Both the position numbers and the translations under genes were made by a program. A stretch of 64,000 nucleotides of DNA. Source: Lama glama (Eukaryota). Below, in pieces: positions 39,801 to 55,949 of the stretch. The stretch spans positions 108,254,001-108,318,000 of the forward strand of contig CM052817.1 of NCBI GenBank assembly GCA_028534125.1, in the 5' to 3' direction. The notes beneath the pieces were generated by a model that saw only the letters and a program-made list of their open reading frames with translations, did no database searches and was not told the DNA's origin. Position 1 is the stretch's first letter. Every line of letters starts with the position of its first letter.

Positions 39801-42136
39801 CCTTGATATCTTCTCTTAATCATTGCCTTTGTTCCTAAAATGTCCTCTCCAGATGTAAATTAGTAACAACACTGTAAACTAGTGAGAACTAAGAAACGGG
39901 TAAAACAGATCAAGCTGTACACTGAGAAAGTGCTTGGGAATGTTGCATCTCAGTAGCTCCATTTCATGCATAAACTAAAAATAAGACTGAAGTCTTTTGA
40001 TTCCTCCCCGACACAAGAGAAGATATGAGTACAGAAAAAAATCATTTTCTAAACTGAAATCTATCTTCCAAGAAAAACTAGCACGCATGCTTTGCCAACC
40101 ACCCCTAGAGATCATTGCTTCCAGAACTTTCTTTGCCAAGTGTGTGTGAGGAGGAGAGAGTTGTTTTTTTTTTTTTTTTTTTTTTAGAGGAAGCCTCCTT
40201 CTGCTGTGGAATTGCAGGAGATACTTCTGTGATAGCGGGATTGTTGAAAACAGACGGTCCCTTTAAAATCTGCAATTCACAATAAATAGCTCACATGAAC
40301 GCCTTCAGGAATACATTCAAAATGTCCCAAATTAGTACCACTAAAACGTCTGTGACAGTGTTCTCCAACATATTAAGTAAATGGACCCCCCTCCACCTTT
40401 TAATCTTCAGACGAGCTACTCATTTCAGTCCCAAATTGCCCTGTAATGATTGTTTCCATAATTAACTTTAATGACAAATAAACTTATGTATGGTTCGAGA
40501 AGCATCATTAATTCTGTGAAATATTCCTGTAAGACATACTAATGTATTTTAAAATATGTCTCAGATTGTTAAAACCATTATCTAAATGTGAAAGAGGTAA
40601 ACTGTGTCCCCACCAGATAACATAAACTAAAAGACAAATTTTTCTGCGTTCTCCCGATAAGTCGGGGAAGCTGTTATCAGCAGTTCTGGAGTTGCTACAT
40701 CTCAGGAACTCCGAGCAGGAGATAAAGCTTATTGTGACTCTCATAAACTCGAATTCTAGTAGTGGGTTCCATATGACATGTTTTTGACTACAATGTGTCC
40801 CAAGACTTTTCAGTCAATATGTTAAGCTCATAATTACACCATGAAGGTCTTTTTTTTTCCAGCCCAAAACAACAAAGGGCCTGAAATTGGTATATCTGCC
40901 TATGAGGAATCCAGAATGTCTCTTTTCCTTCTGGTTTCCCCCGGAAGTAGTTAATAGAAATCTGTGTCTAAAGTAATATTATGATAAGAATTCACTGTTT
41001 GACAGGAGCTCAGTGCTAGTGGAGAAGCCTGACCGTACCTGTGCGAACTAACCAAACACCACGTCCATCGGAAGCTTACACACAAAGAAAAGAAAAAAGA
41101 CAAGAAATTCCCAGTTCCAAATTCCTCCTCCTCCCCTGCCCAGGACACCAAGTTACGCTGCCTCTTGGAGTTTTTCCTACTTGTCCAAGGTCCCCTTCCC
41201 ACACTTTAAGAAATCTTGTAAATTTCAAGCGGCTATAGAGAAATTTTCTTTTTTTCCTTTTGGCCTGAAAAATAATTATTTCAAAATGCTCACACCAGCC
41301 ATTTATTCTTGCAAAAGTGACAAGAAATACATAATCACATTGCTTACTGACCGCAGTAGACCAAATACTAATGCTAGAGAAATTGTAGAATGAGCACTAA
41401 ATCTGAAAGAGAATAGTATTTGGGTGCAAAGCCAAGAGGTTTATGGGTTGAGGAAACCTTTTTTTATATGAAATTACGTAACATGAGTTTCACTTAATTT
41501 TATGCCGAAGTTAGAAATCACTGACTAAGGCCACAGTCTGTTACAGAGATGAGGAATTAGCACGCAGTATGCTCAGTTTCTATAAACGTATTCCTATCAC
41601 TTCCATCAATATCATTGGGTTTTTATAAAGATTAAACTAAAAATATTTGCATTGAATGGGTATCTTCCAAGGTTCACTGAAATTCTATCACAGTGGGAGT
41701 ATCAGAGCAGCATAAAATAAGTGAATTCTGTAGTATTTATAGTTTGAAATTAACTTTACATGAAGGGTAAATAGCTCCATAGAAATGTGACGCCCTATTC
41801 AAAGTATGAAAGACAAACTAGAATTTCGGCATTTCTCAACTCCATCCGGTTTGTGCTCATATTTTAAATACTAAACTAACCAGGAAAACATGTAGATCTT
41901 AACATAACATACCCATAAATAAACTATATATAACTATAAAGTAAAATTCTGAGTAACAATCTAAATAGTAAAATTATGAGGGGTCTACGTCATTTGTTTG
42001 AGAAACGGTAAAAGAAATGAAAAATAAACCACCTAAGAAACTACCTCCCCATAATTCTCTTCCTGTGATGAACTCCCTCCCCGCAATCTATCTGTTCTAT
42101 TCAGTTAAAGATTCTTATAAATGTCAAGCACGAAAT

Positions 42137-42312
42137 TTTTTTACTTCTTTTTTTAATTGAAGTATAGTCAGTTTATAATGTTGTGTCCATTTCTGGCGTA
42201 CAGCATAATGCTTCAATCATATATGAATATACACATATTCGTTTTCATATTCTTTTCCACCGTAAGCTACTACAAGATATCAAATATAGTTACCTGTGCT
42301 ATACAGTATAAA
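42137..42312 (-). mobile_element. Short L1 3' end
   Basis: ttttaattgaagtatagtcagtttataatg...acctgtgctatacagta. Confidence 0.88.
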
Positions 42313-45300
42313 CTTAAGACTCTAAATTTTAAAATCGTCTTTAACCTTAAACTATATATTAGTCATTCACCTCTGTCAGAGCCCTGAGGACCAGGTCCTG
42401 TATTCCAACCATCTCCAACATGCCTTCTGCACCGTTTAACACATGTATGTTAGCAGATCATTTTAACATAAAGCAAAGTAGGGTTAAAGTAAATAGCTTT
42501 AATAAATAGCTTTGAAGACATCTATCTCATTGATGAAAGTGAAACACGTATCACACCTCTATCGAAATAGGAGCTGAGGCAGATACCAAGTAAATTGTTT
42601 CATCTGAAATCTAACTGTAGAGTAAGAGCAACATTCTGACTTTAAAAAGCTTAATTCTGTAACAAGAAATGCTGCTATAATATTAAATCTGCTGATTAGG
42701 TAAACAACCCTGAAGGATACAAAGCCAACAGAGGCATGATTCTGCCTTTAAGACAGGCACGTTTTCATTTTCCATGTGAATTTTTAAACGTTTTCATTCT
42801 ATAAATTAAAATTATCAAAAAATGACAAAATACTTTGAATAGTACCAAAAAAAAAAAAAGGCGTTCGACTACTAACAGACACCACTGTAAGAATGCCATC
42901 CATTTTTTTCCCCCAAATTAGTGAAATCTGCTTTGAAAAACATTTTAGTGTTTGAAAATTTTGAAATTGGGGGGGATTTGCAGATTTGTAACTTAGAATT
43001 CAACAACTAATTTTCCTATTGTATTGAAGAGGCAAGTCATTTAAGACATTTGGCCATTAGTTATTCAGATCATTAAAGACAACCTCAGAAATTCTGGATG
43101 AAAATTGTCATAAGAAAAAGACTAATATTTTAATTGTGTCTGGAGAACCTACAAGGTTTTGGCTCTGTGTAATATAGCCTCTGCTCACTTTAAAAAAAAA
43201 AAGTCTATTTCAATTTAGGTTTATTTCCTGTAATAGCATTTGCTCTGCAGATTAAGCACTTCTATTGACTTTTTCTTCCCCCCAAGGGTAAAGAGGAAGA
43301 GGAGGAAAAAAAACCCACACTTCTTGAAAAGTCAATCATAACAGGAAACAACTGGTCTTCTATAGCCTTCCTGAAAATTGTCAGGGCTCCAGGAAGTTTG
43401 AACGTGTGTTAAGTGTTACTGGAGGAGATTCTGAGAGGACCTGGGCTCTGGCATGAATTAGCATTCTGCGGTCAGGATGTCCCAGCGCAGTGACCCTACC
43501 ACTTTTAAAGCTTGACATGAACATGAAACACTCCCCACCACCTGATCAGCTGATTGAAACCAGCAAGACCTCAAAAAGGAATAGCATAGGAATAAAATGC
43601 TATTAATTTAGTATAGGAATAAAATCCTATTAATTCTAAGCTTCCATAGTTTCACACAGTAATTTTTATGTAAATGCTTAGTTTCTCATATCCTAAACAG
43701 AATATTTCAACCAACCCCATTCTTTGATTTCCATTTAGTGTCATGTATTAGTTTTCTTGAATTCTCTTGTGACACATGAAGTCTGAAAGCTTAACTCTAA
43801 AAAGGCCAATGACAAATTAATTATTCTGCCATATAAAGAGCTGTTTCACTCTTTGTAACCTCCAGTTGATGATAACTGAGGATTCGTACCCCACATTGTA
43901 AGAGACTGTGTCCTGGTACATGTGTTCCTGGGTTTCTTCACATCACGGATTCTCACGATCGCTTAACAGCATCCAAGTTGATTCTGGTTTTACGAAACTT
44001 TTGCATATATTAAAGTAGGTAACTCCAAGCTTTTGTAATTGCCTCAACAAAATGACAAAACATGATAGCCCAGCCAATTTACAACTACTCACAATTTAAA
44101 ACCACACACACACAGTCAAATTCATGCAAAGTGTAATAAAAAAGGTTTAGTAAGTATCAATTAATTTGATGAACACAGATATACAATCTCAATAATTCAT
44201 GACTAAAATTCAGGGATAAGAATATACCTTAAAAGACAATCTGAAGAATCAAGGTTAAAAAGCTGAAAAAAAATATACTTTTAGAATTCTCTCTTCCAAG
44301 AACGTTTATAATCGATGATGTTCCTGAATTTCTTTATGAAGCAAATTCACAAGGACATTTAAGATAAACTATTCTAAAAATAAAAGCAAAGGTACTCTTC
44401 TTAAAAGCCACTGGGAATTAGTTTTGAAAGACAGTATTTTAAGTGAATTTTTGCAAAATAGATGCCATTTATATTTTTTTCAATTTCTCTAAATAAACAT
44501 GTTTACACTGTTTCAAAAGGTATTCATATGCGCAACAGTTTTATGAAAGAACAATATTTTCTCCAACATCTCCATCTGCTGGCTTCGAGAAAAAGTAGAT
44601 TTTTATCTACTGTTCCTTTAAATTTAATATTTTTGTAAATTTATTTTTTATGCAATTAAATATAAAATTATTTCTAAAGAGACTAACAGCTCTTTGTCAA
44701 AGTCATGCACAAAAAGGAACAGGAAAAATTTTGAAGAGGACATTTAATATTTAATACGTTTAATTCCCAAACCCTACGTGATCAAATACCCATGTCCATA
44801 GCCCTTTCAGACAGCTTTATTTTAAACAAGCTTTCATAATGAGCATAGCACTAAAGTTTATTAAAACTTTTTAGAATGTAAAAATGTTTAGAATTTTCCT
44901 AAAACCTGCTGTTGATTTAGTTGAACTATATATATATATATGTGTGTGTGTTGTACACACATAGGTCAATATCAAATTGATTAATTTCACAAACATTCTG
45001 TTACTGTCATAAACTGCTTTTGTAGAAGAACCACTGGAGTATCTTCGCATCCTCGGACTGAAGTTCTTAGACAAGACATAGTAGCCAGGGCACAGAGAAG
45101 GCTGTCAACGCAACAAGGATTTGGAAACGATGTGAAAGAGCGTGGAGGGAAAAGATCAGAAGAAAGGAATTACTATGGGAAAAGCATTCATGTATTCTGT
45201 GACAACCACACAACTGGAGGCAAACACTGAAGAGGGCTGGGGAGGAAGGGAGGAAGGAATTCGCGAGCCCATCACTGGCTTTAGCTGTTGAAGCACATCA

Positions 45301-47283
45301 GATGCTAGTCTTAGGTATGTGTTTTTCTTGTTCTATGGATTTTGTCATATTAAAGTCAGGTCTGAACAGCCTTGTGGAAGAGGGGGAAGAGGAAGAAAGA
45401 AAGAAATGAGAAATCTGTCTATTTCCTCAGGTACCCATGGAAACGGAAGGGAACAAGGAGGTCCTGCCATTACCCCAGCTCCGTGCCTATAGTCATTTTA
45501 CCCAGTTCAGAATATAATGGCTGCATTCCCTTTGCATAACCTTAACCCTTGCCGCTGGGTCTTTCCAGCAAGGTGTTTCCAAATAACTCCCCCATCTCAG
45601 GAATACAGTTAAATTTGAAAACTAGTATCTGTTCTAGTTTGAAATCACAGTATTAAGGTTTATAGCTCTACTTTCTTAATATCTAAATTTAACCCTATGG
45701 GATTTTTATGGTTCAACAGGGAGGAAGCGGGAGGTACTTTATGATGCCGATAGATGATACACATTTTAATACCAGAGCTAAGGGGTAGAATTCCTTAGAT
45801 TTCTGGAGGCAATCAACATCATTTTGGTTTCTGCTCTCAACATATTGGATGCTGCTGCTTTTACTTCATAAAGGAAAAAACCATGGATTCCCCCCACCCC
45901 CGACTGAAAACGCAAGAAAACAGGGGCTGAGCATTGCAGAAAAATCTTGAGCAGGATTGAAGTGACCAAAACTCATCGTCACAAATGTGACAGTCAAAAC
46001 TGCCATTCATTTGTGACTGCTGACTTCGTGATGGTAATTTATATAAGCATCTCTCTCTCTCTCTCTCTCTGAAAAGAGTTAAACTAATTTTACATTTTCT
46101 ATTGCTCTTGGTAGAAAAGAAAAAAGAAATGGTTTACGAATTCTCCATTTCATTTTACAAACTCTAGATTGTGAAATTCCTAAAGGAAGGAAGAAACTGA
46201 GCCCCCCCACACACACACACACACGTTAAGTGATCTGTCCAGTCAATGAGTTAAAATGTCAACTCCAAAAAATTCTCTAGAATGAGTCTCAGGGCCTCGC
46301 TAGTTCCCTTCAGCGATCAGTAAGATGACTTACAACACGGGAGTTCAGAATTCCCATGTCAGAAACTTGAAAATGTATTCGGTTCCTCACCACAATTTGT
46401 TTCAGTGCCGTGTAGAATGCTCCAGGGAGGAGTAATTTGGGGATCTGGAGACATGCAATTTTTTATTTCAGCTCCATTATCTGAGAAAAATATGTGCAAA
46501 ATAAAGACTTGATTTTCCCGTTTTCTCAGAATTGTGGTCAAGCAAATTAAATTGTGCGTGTGTGTGTGTTTTTTTAATGAAATCCATGCCTTGTTAGATG
46601 GGTGTATTCATTCTGTGGAAATGCATGGATTTATATGTGTTTGAAAGAGGTACATTTCCTGTCTGCACATCTTATTTCAATAAAGATTTATATTAAAAGT
46701 AAATTATTCAAAAATATTGGGACTGAGGACCTAAACTAGTCTCCTAACCTAAACTAGCCATAATCTTTAGTCTTTACAAAGCCCCAGCACAGCCATTCAG
46801 CATTTGGAGAGAAAGGATACTCATTTCGGCCAGCGGCTGTGTCTGAGCTGCTCCCTGACAGGCGTCCGTGGTACTTCACCAGTGAGGGGATTTCTCCATC
46901 ACTGGCCATTCTCAAAAAATACATCTGTCAATTACTTTCACATTGTTTTTAAAATCTACATCCTTCCAATAATCATCGTCTTAGGTTCGTTGATCCCTTT
47001 CCAAAGCATTTTCACACTAGTATCCAATTACATACAGTCAGATACTTAGCACAAATGTATGTCATGCTCATAATTCATGTGCAAAAAACAAACTGGAAGC
47101 CTGATACAGAATCAAGTGAATAATCTAAATCCAGTAGGTAAATAGGTCAAGTATAAAGGCCTTCAAAAATTAAGCTACTTGTTTCCTTACATGTATGTAT
47201 ATATATTAAAATTTTCCAAGACATTCTTATATTCTTTCATGGAGATTTTTTGAAAGCTGCAAATCCACTTAAGTCTGTCTGTC

Positions 47284-47288
47284 TCTCG

Positions 47289-47328
<40 letters not shown>
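47284..47328. repeat. (CT)n microsatellite
   Basis: Direct inspection. Confidence 0.95.
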
Positions 47329-47332
<4 letters not shown>

Positions 47333-47799
47333 TTCCATGCCACCGTCCCCAGTTTCTTTTCCCACTTGGTATCAACACGTGAAGAAAACATACAGCACTG
47401 AAATCTTCTTAAATAGATTCTTTTTCAACCATCGAGTTCTGAGCATCTCATATGACCATAATAACAACCTCGGTTCTACCAGGCGAAGAAAATTGTTTGA
47501 TTCTTTCATTCATCCGGTTGACAGCAGTTGCAAAAGGACTGATGTCCCTGAGACCACAATCAAGCTAATCCATGGACTACATGATTAAGGGTAATATATG
47601 ACCCGGGGAAGTGGGATGACAACCACCAGTATTTGTCTAACGTGGGGACACTGCGGTCGGGCTTTTTCGGTGGTAATTTTCCGCTGACTCCTTCACGTTC
47701 CAACCACAGCGGGAGGGGAGCCATCTGCAGACCGCCCCCCACCACGAAATTGCCAGCTATGAAATTAACACTGAGAACCTCAAATCAGGAAAGAGTCAC

Positions 47800-50070
<2,271 letters not shown>

Positions 50071-50074
50071 CCGG

Positions 50075-50086
50075 CGCGCGTGCGCG
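50075..50086 (-). promoter_or_regulatory. NRF-1 site
   Basis: Minus strand CGCGCACGCGCG fits YGCGCAYGCGCR; NRF-1 regulation of the GluR2 promoter is established. Confidence 0.75.
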
Positions 50087-50118
50087 GCTCGCGGCAGGCG
50101 GCCGGCGCGCGCCCCCAT

Positions 50119-50135
50119 CCCCGCCCCCGCCCCGC
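50119..50135 (-). promoter_or_regulatory. Tandem GC boxes (Sp1/KLF)
   Basis: ccccgcccccgccccgc (GGGGCGGGG on minus strand) in a TATA-less GC-rich promoter. Confidence 0.7.
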
Positions 50136-50254
50136 ACCGCGCGCCCCGCACCGCCCAGGAGGCGTCGCGCGCGCGGGGCTCCGAGCCTGGCGGCCACGGT
50201 CCCAGGGCTAGACCTCGGGTGTCGCGAGCCGTCGCGCCCACCGGGGCTCTGCCT

Positions 50255-50275
50255 TTCAGCACCGCGGACAGCGCC
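50255..50275 (+). promoter_or_regulatory. RE1/NRSE (REST binding site)
   Basis: TTCAGCACCGCGGACAGCGCC, 20/21 match to consensus TTCAGCACCACGGACAGCGCC; the GRIA2 promoter is a known REST target. Confidence 0.95.
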
Positions 50276-53200
50276 CGCGCCGGCCTGCGCTACTTGGGCG
50301 CCGCGGCGGACGCGATGCTCCAGCGCGGTCCAGAGGCAGCGAAGCAGACTTCCGGCGGCCTTGCAGGAGCCGGATTGCTAATTGTCGTCGGCGGGGAGGC
50401 GTCCTCTCACCAGGCCCTGCTGTTTCACGTTAAAAGCAGTGTTGATTTTAATCTCCTATAGCCTGTAAAACCCACCGAGCAATATAGCAACGCTGCCACC
50501 CACCTCCCCTATCCAGCCCGAAAAGCGAAGGAGCAAATAAAACATCCATGATCAAGGGTTCCAAAAATTGTGAACCTGAGCAAAATGTGATGTAACTAAG
50601 ATCCAGGGAAAGCCCGAAATTCGATCTTTAAATGCCCGAGCCACATAGGAGAAGACCACGCTTCAATCTTTGAAATACTTTGCATGGAGACCCATCTTGA
50701 GAGGATGCTCTGTTGGGCTGCGGTGCCAGCTTGCCCAGCCCGCTGCGTGCGGGTCTGTCTCGCAGCCTTCACTGCAGACTTTCGCCGGTAGTAGAGACAA
50801 GTAGACTTGGCTCCTTAGAAGCTCGACTTTAGACAAATTGAAAGCAGGTGACTCCGTTTCAAGGAAAGTCTTGTAGAAGAAAGAAATTAGAAGATGAAGC
50901 AAGTCTTGAGAGGCCGCTGAGCTGCACAGTCTTTCTCAGAGACTTAGAAATCGGATACTTCATAGCGTTTTGCCCGTGAGTTTAGAAAATATCACCGTTC
51001 AAAGAAAGTAAACTAAGTGCTCCCCGCTTTGAACCCACGAGCTAGAGACCCCTGGAGAAGAAACACGAGGTTGAGGACTAAAAGCCTATGGAAAGGGAGT
51101 TGGTGGGGGAGGGAGGATCCCTTGGGAATTTTTGCTTAGCACTGCTTGCCAAGAGGATGCCTGGGAATGTGCTGTGGCAATTCTCTGATGCTTCAGAAAT
51201 TCCTAAGTTTATGGTTTTTGTGGTTTTAACAGAGAAATAAAGGATGATTGAGCACAAGGGAATGTCTCGGGAGGCAGGAGACTGGAGCCCACTATAGGAA
51301 GGAGTAGCCTCCTGATATTTCAGAATGCCAAGCTGTAGTCTGCCGTGCTGCTTTCCTGTGCAGTTGTCACGTTAATACCAACTTTTACAGCTTCTTTGTT
51401 GACTGTTATCTCATACTTGCCCCTTAATCATTCTGGGCCTCAATTTTTATAATGAGAAAGATAAGTAAAGTGGCCTCAATGGCTCTCTAGTCCTGCAATT
51501 CTGTCATATCAAGTCAATGTCTTTCCCTGGTTTTGATTTTCCATATGTATTTCCAAGCCAGGAATTAAAAATATTCATAATCTGTTACTAAGTTTTTAAA
51601 CTACAGGTAAAAACATCTCCCAACTTTATCACCAAGAATTGATTTTAGTCTGTAATAAACACTTCGCTGCGTATAAAACAGGTCCTGTGAATCAAAATGC
51701 ATTTAGCCTTTCAAAAATTAAAAAAAGAATAAAAATAGTAAGACATGAATAAATGTATATCCACATTTACAATATAGAGAACAATTAAATAAATCTTATC
51801 TATTCAATCACTAGTTGTGATATAAGGCACAAAAAAGGGATTTGAATTATTCTCTTTGATTTTTTTCAATATATAAAATAATGAACAACAGCTCAAGGCA
51901 AAACAAAAATACTTTTTCAGCCATCTTCTTTTTTTCTTTATTCATTTTTTTTCCACAAGAAAAACTTCAACTTCATACCAAGTAACTTGGAAGAAAAGAA
52001 TGGGGGCAATGGGGTGACAAGGAGCTTAAATGTGGAGAATTGGTAATGTTTGAAGTATGGGTCAATGTCAATTAAATTTTTTAAGAGAATGTGTTTCAAA
52101 AATTGTTTTTATCTTAATCTATTTCAAAGTCAGAGACAAAGATGAACTCAAAATTGACTGAATTACATCCTAAAAATTAATACAAAATAAAAATTCGCTG
52201 AATCATAGAAGTGTTTTCCTTAATAAATAATATGTAAGAACTCAAGTCAAATATTACAATCTAGTAACCAATTATAATTAACTTATAAAATGGAAATGAT
52301 TTTAGCAGGCATTTCTTGTAATTCAACTATTATTGTATTAACATGCCTTTCACAAGGCAGTTATGTTTGTACCTTTCACAACAAATCTGGATACATTTCT
52401 TGCAGTATTAGCATCATCGTACTTATATTATCATTCATAGAACTTTTTCAAATTTACTATGACATTTATTATATAATATATTTTTCAAGCATAGAATACT
52501 GTCAGTATAAATGTAATAAATTTAAATTGGCTAAAGTGGTTATGCGAATAAACGAAAAATACTAGAACTTATTTTTAATACTTCCAAATTTCTTGTTTCA
52601 AGAATATATCTCAAATTAATGAGTAGTAAAATCGAATTTGAAATTTTCAAAACTACCAAGACTACAATTGAACAGAATAATGTGCTTGAAGAAAGAGTTT
52701 GCTGTTTTGTGCCCTCTGCTGTTCAGTTTTGGTAATTATTTAAAACGTAAGCATTGTTTCTGAAGACAGGATAAATTACAGTTAAAATAAAAGAAACAAA
52801 CATAAAATTCACTCAATCATTTGTTTGTTTGGTTGGTTTTAATGTTGTTAGTCTGTGTCTGTGTATGTTTAAATATAATTTCTAGCATTAAGGCTAGAAA
52901 TAAATATTATATGTAAATTTCAACATGTGTTTTACTCAATCTCTGTTTCAATATGGGAAACAATAATATTCCCTTTAAATCTGCTTTGAAATGGTTAGGA
53001 TTTTATATATGCTTCCATATTCTTTACAGTTTTAATTTGCGTTTCGTAACGAACAAGCAGTAAGGAAAGTTACTGTGTGTGTGTGCGCCCGGGAGGTGGG
53101 GTGATAATTTTGAAACGATTAGCAGAGCAGATTTCAGGTGACTTCGTTGTCAACACTGGGTCATAAATGTCAGGGTCATAGTTCCGAGTGATGGAGTCTC

Positions 53201-54119
53201 AATACAGTGGAGATCATCACCTGCCTCCCTGTTGATCCTCTGGAAGTCTGAACGCGTAGGCTCTCTGAAAGGCTTGGATGCAGCTCAGCCTTAGAGAGGA
53301 TGGAGGCTTCATGCTACTTTCAGCAAAAGATAGCAAAGGTAGCAGTTCCTGCAGAAGGAGCTCAGCTTCCAGACATGAGACGTTATTGGCTGAGACAGGG
53401 AAAACCCCAAAACAGAAGAGAAGACATGAGGATTTTAGTCTCAGGACTAGACATAGGGATAGTCATTCTGGAGAACTTCAGTTCTTTGATTAAGATAAAG
53501 AATAATACCACTATAAGCAGTTATTCAGATTGAGACAATATTATTTTCTTTTGTGACACAATTTTAAATCACTGATTGAATAAGATCAACTACATGTCCC
53601 CAAACATGTCTACAGTTAAGCTTTTGTATGATTTTTTTAAATGCACTTCGAATGAAGTCCAAAGATGAAAAGAATAAGTGAAGTTTTTATTTTAGTGTCT
53701 TTAAGGGCTCTGATTACATGGACTTTAATTAATTTTATACCAACTGATAGTGCCTGGAGCAGAAATATTTACTGGAAAAGTGTTTCAATTCATTAGTCAA
53801 TTCAACTATATGGGACAATGATATTCTGAATAATGAGCTTGATACAGTGGATAAAAGATGAACACAACAGAAACCTTCCTTGAGAAAATTCGAGACTTCA
53901 TTCAAGTACTCACATGGTTAGCACCAAGGCAATAAGAAAGGAAATAAACAGGCATATGATTAAGATCATATAATGAGGCAAAGTCAAAATTTATGCTGCA
54001 CATTATATCTTGTAATTCCCAGAAGGGGAGAGTCACCGAAGGCTGATGTCTAAATTGAGTCAAGTAGCGGTTAAGTAGGTGAAGGTTGGGATGGATGAGA
54101 AGAAAACACTTCTTTTTAT

Positions 54120-54630
54120 AATTTTTTTAGCTGTATTAAAGTTTAACTGACAAATAAAACAGAAAAATATTTAAGGTGTACAGTGTAATCATTTGATAAG
54201 TGTATGCATTGTGAAAAGGTGGCCCTTTCAACTAACACATTCATCACCTCACATATTTACCCTTTTCTGTTTGTTTGTTTACAGGAATATTTAAGTCCTA
54301 CTGTCTAAGCAAATGTCAGTGATACAAAACTGCAGTCATCATGTAATACGTTAGATCCACAGACCTTATTCACCTTATAAGTGAAAGTTTGAACCCTTTT
54401 ACCAGCTTCTCTCTCTCTCCCCCCCTCTCCTCAGTCAATCACTTCTCTCTTCTCTATTTCTGTATGACATTTTTTTTTAGATTTCACATATAAGTCACAT
54501 CATGCAGTGTTTGTCTGTCTCTGCCTGATTATTTCACTTAGCCTAATGCCTTCTGGTCTATCCACACTGAGACTGAATAATATTTCACTATATATATGTA
54601 TGGTTAGGGTTAGGAGTTAGGTTAGGGTAT

Positions 54631-54665
<35 letters not shown>

Positions 54666-54668
54666 TAA

Positions 54669-54711
<43 letters not shown>

Positions 54712-55260
54712 AACATATACCACATTTTCATGACCAATTCATGCACTGACAGACACTTAGGTGTTGCCATATCTTGGCAATTATGAATAATGCTGTAATG
54801 AACATAAGAGTACAGGCATCTCTTTGAGATGATGGTTTCATTTCCATTGGGCATATACCCAGAGGTGGACTGCTGGAACATGTGGTGGTTCTATTTTTAA
54901 TTTCTTGAGGAACCTGCATGATAATTTCCATAGTGGTTGCATCAGTTTACATCCCCACAAACAGTATACAATAGTTCCCGTTCCTCCACCTCCTTACCAG
55001 TATTTCTTATCTCTTATCCTTTTAATAATAGCCATCCTAAAAGGTGAGAAGTAATATCTCATTGTGATTTTAATTTGCCTTTTTTTTATGGTTAAGGATA
55101 TTGAGCACCTTTTCATGTACCAGTTGACCATTTGTATGTCTCTTTGGGAAAATGTCCATTTTCCATTTTTCATTCAAGTTATCTATTTTTATGCTACTGT
55201 GATAAAAAAGTTTTTTATATATTTTGGATATTAGCCCTTGTTAATCTGCAAATATTTAAG
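54120..55260 (-). mobile_element. L1MA-type 3' fragment with an internal compound microsatellite
   Basis: L1 motifs (atacccagaggtggactgctgga, gagcaccttttcatgtacc); (TTTA)n at about 54629-54666 and (CA)n at about 54669-54709. Confidence 0.9.
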
Positions 55261-55949
55261 TGCCCAGGAGAAGGCTGTCTCTCTTAGGATGAGCTGGAGA
55301 GAATCCCGGAAAGCAGATATGCAAGTGAAGTGATGCGTTCACTCTTGGACGTGTTGGGTTCACAAGGTCTGTGAAACACATCCTCTCAAGCTGTTATGTT
55401 AACACTTGACACTGGTTCTGATACTTAGGGAAGAGGCCTCATCTAGAGGTTAATTTTGAGAATTATCAGCCTTCAGTGTCTCATCTGATACTTACTATTT
55501 CTTTTAAAAGGCAATTAAAGCAAAAAAATCCGAAAAAGAGAAGACACAAATACCTTAAAAACCCTGCTTTCACTTAATGCTGATAACTGCAGAACCATTT
55601 CCATTTGTTTGATGTGGGACCAGGTCATTACCTTGAGCAGAGCTCTATTGAATAGTTTCCCATTTCAGTCTCTTTAAACTGGAGCAGGAATTTAAGAATA
55701 TTTGTGAAGAAATCTTACCATGAAGTCCTTTTCCATTTTTACGATTTCTCTAGTGTTTTTACGACAGCCTTACTCCTAACCAGAATAAAATGTTGTGCCT
55801 GCTTGCGTGACTGATCCTTTCTAGAAAATTCCACATCACTTTCAACATCGTTCTCTTTTCACATGTTATCCATTTACAAAGTATTTTAACCAAATCACAT
55901 AATCTCAGTATCAAATTCAACTGTCATAAAATGTTTTCTTTTTAAAAAA

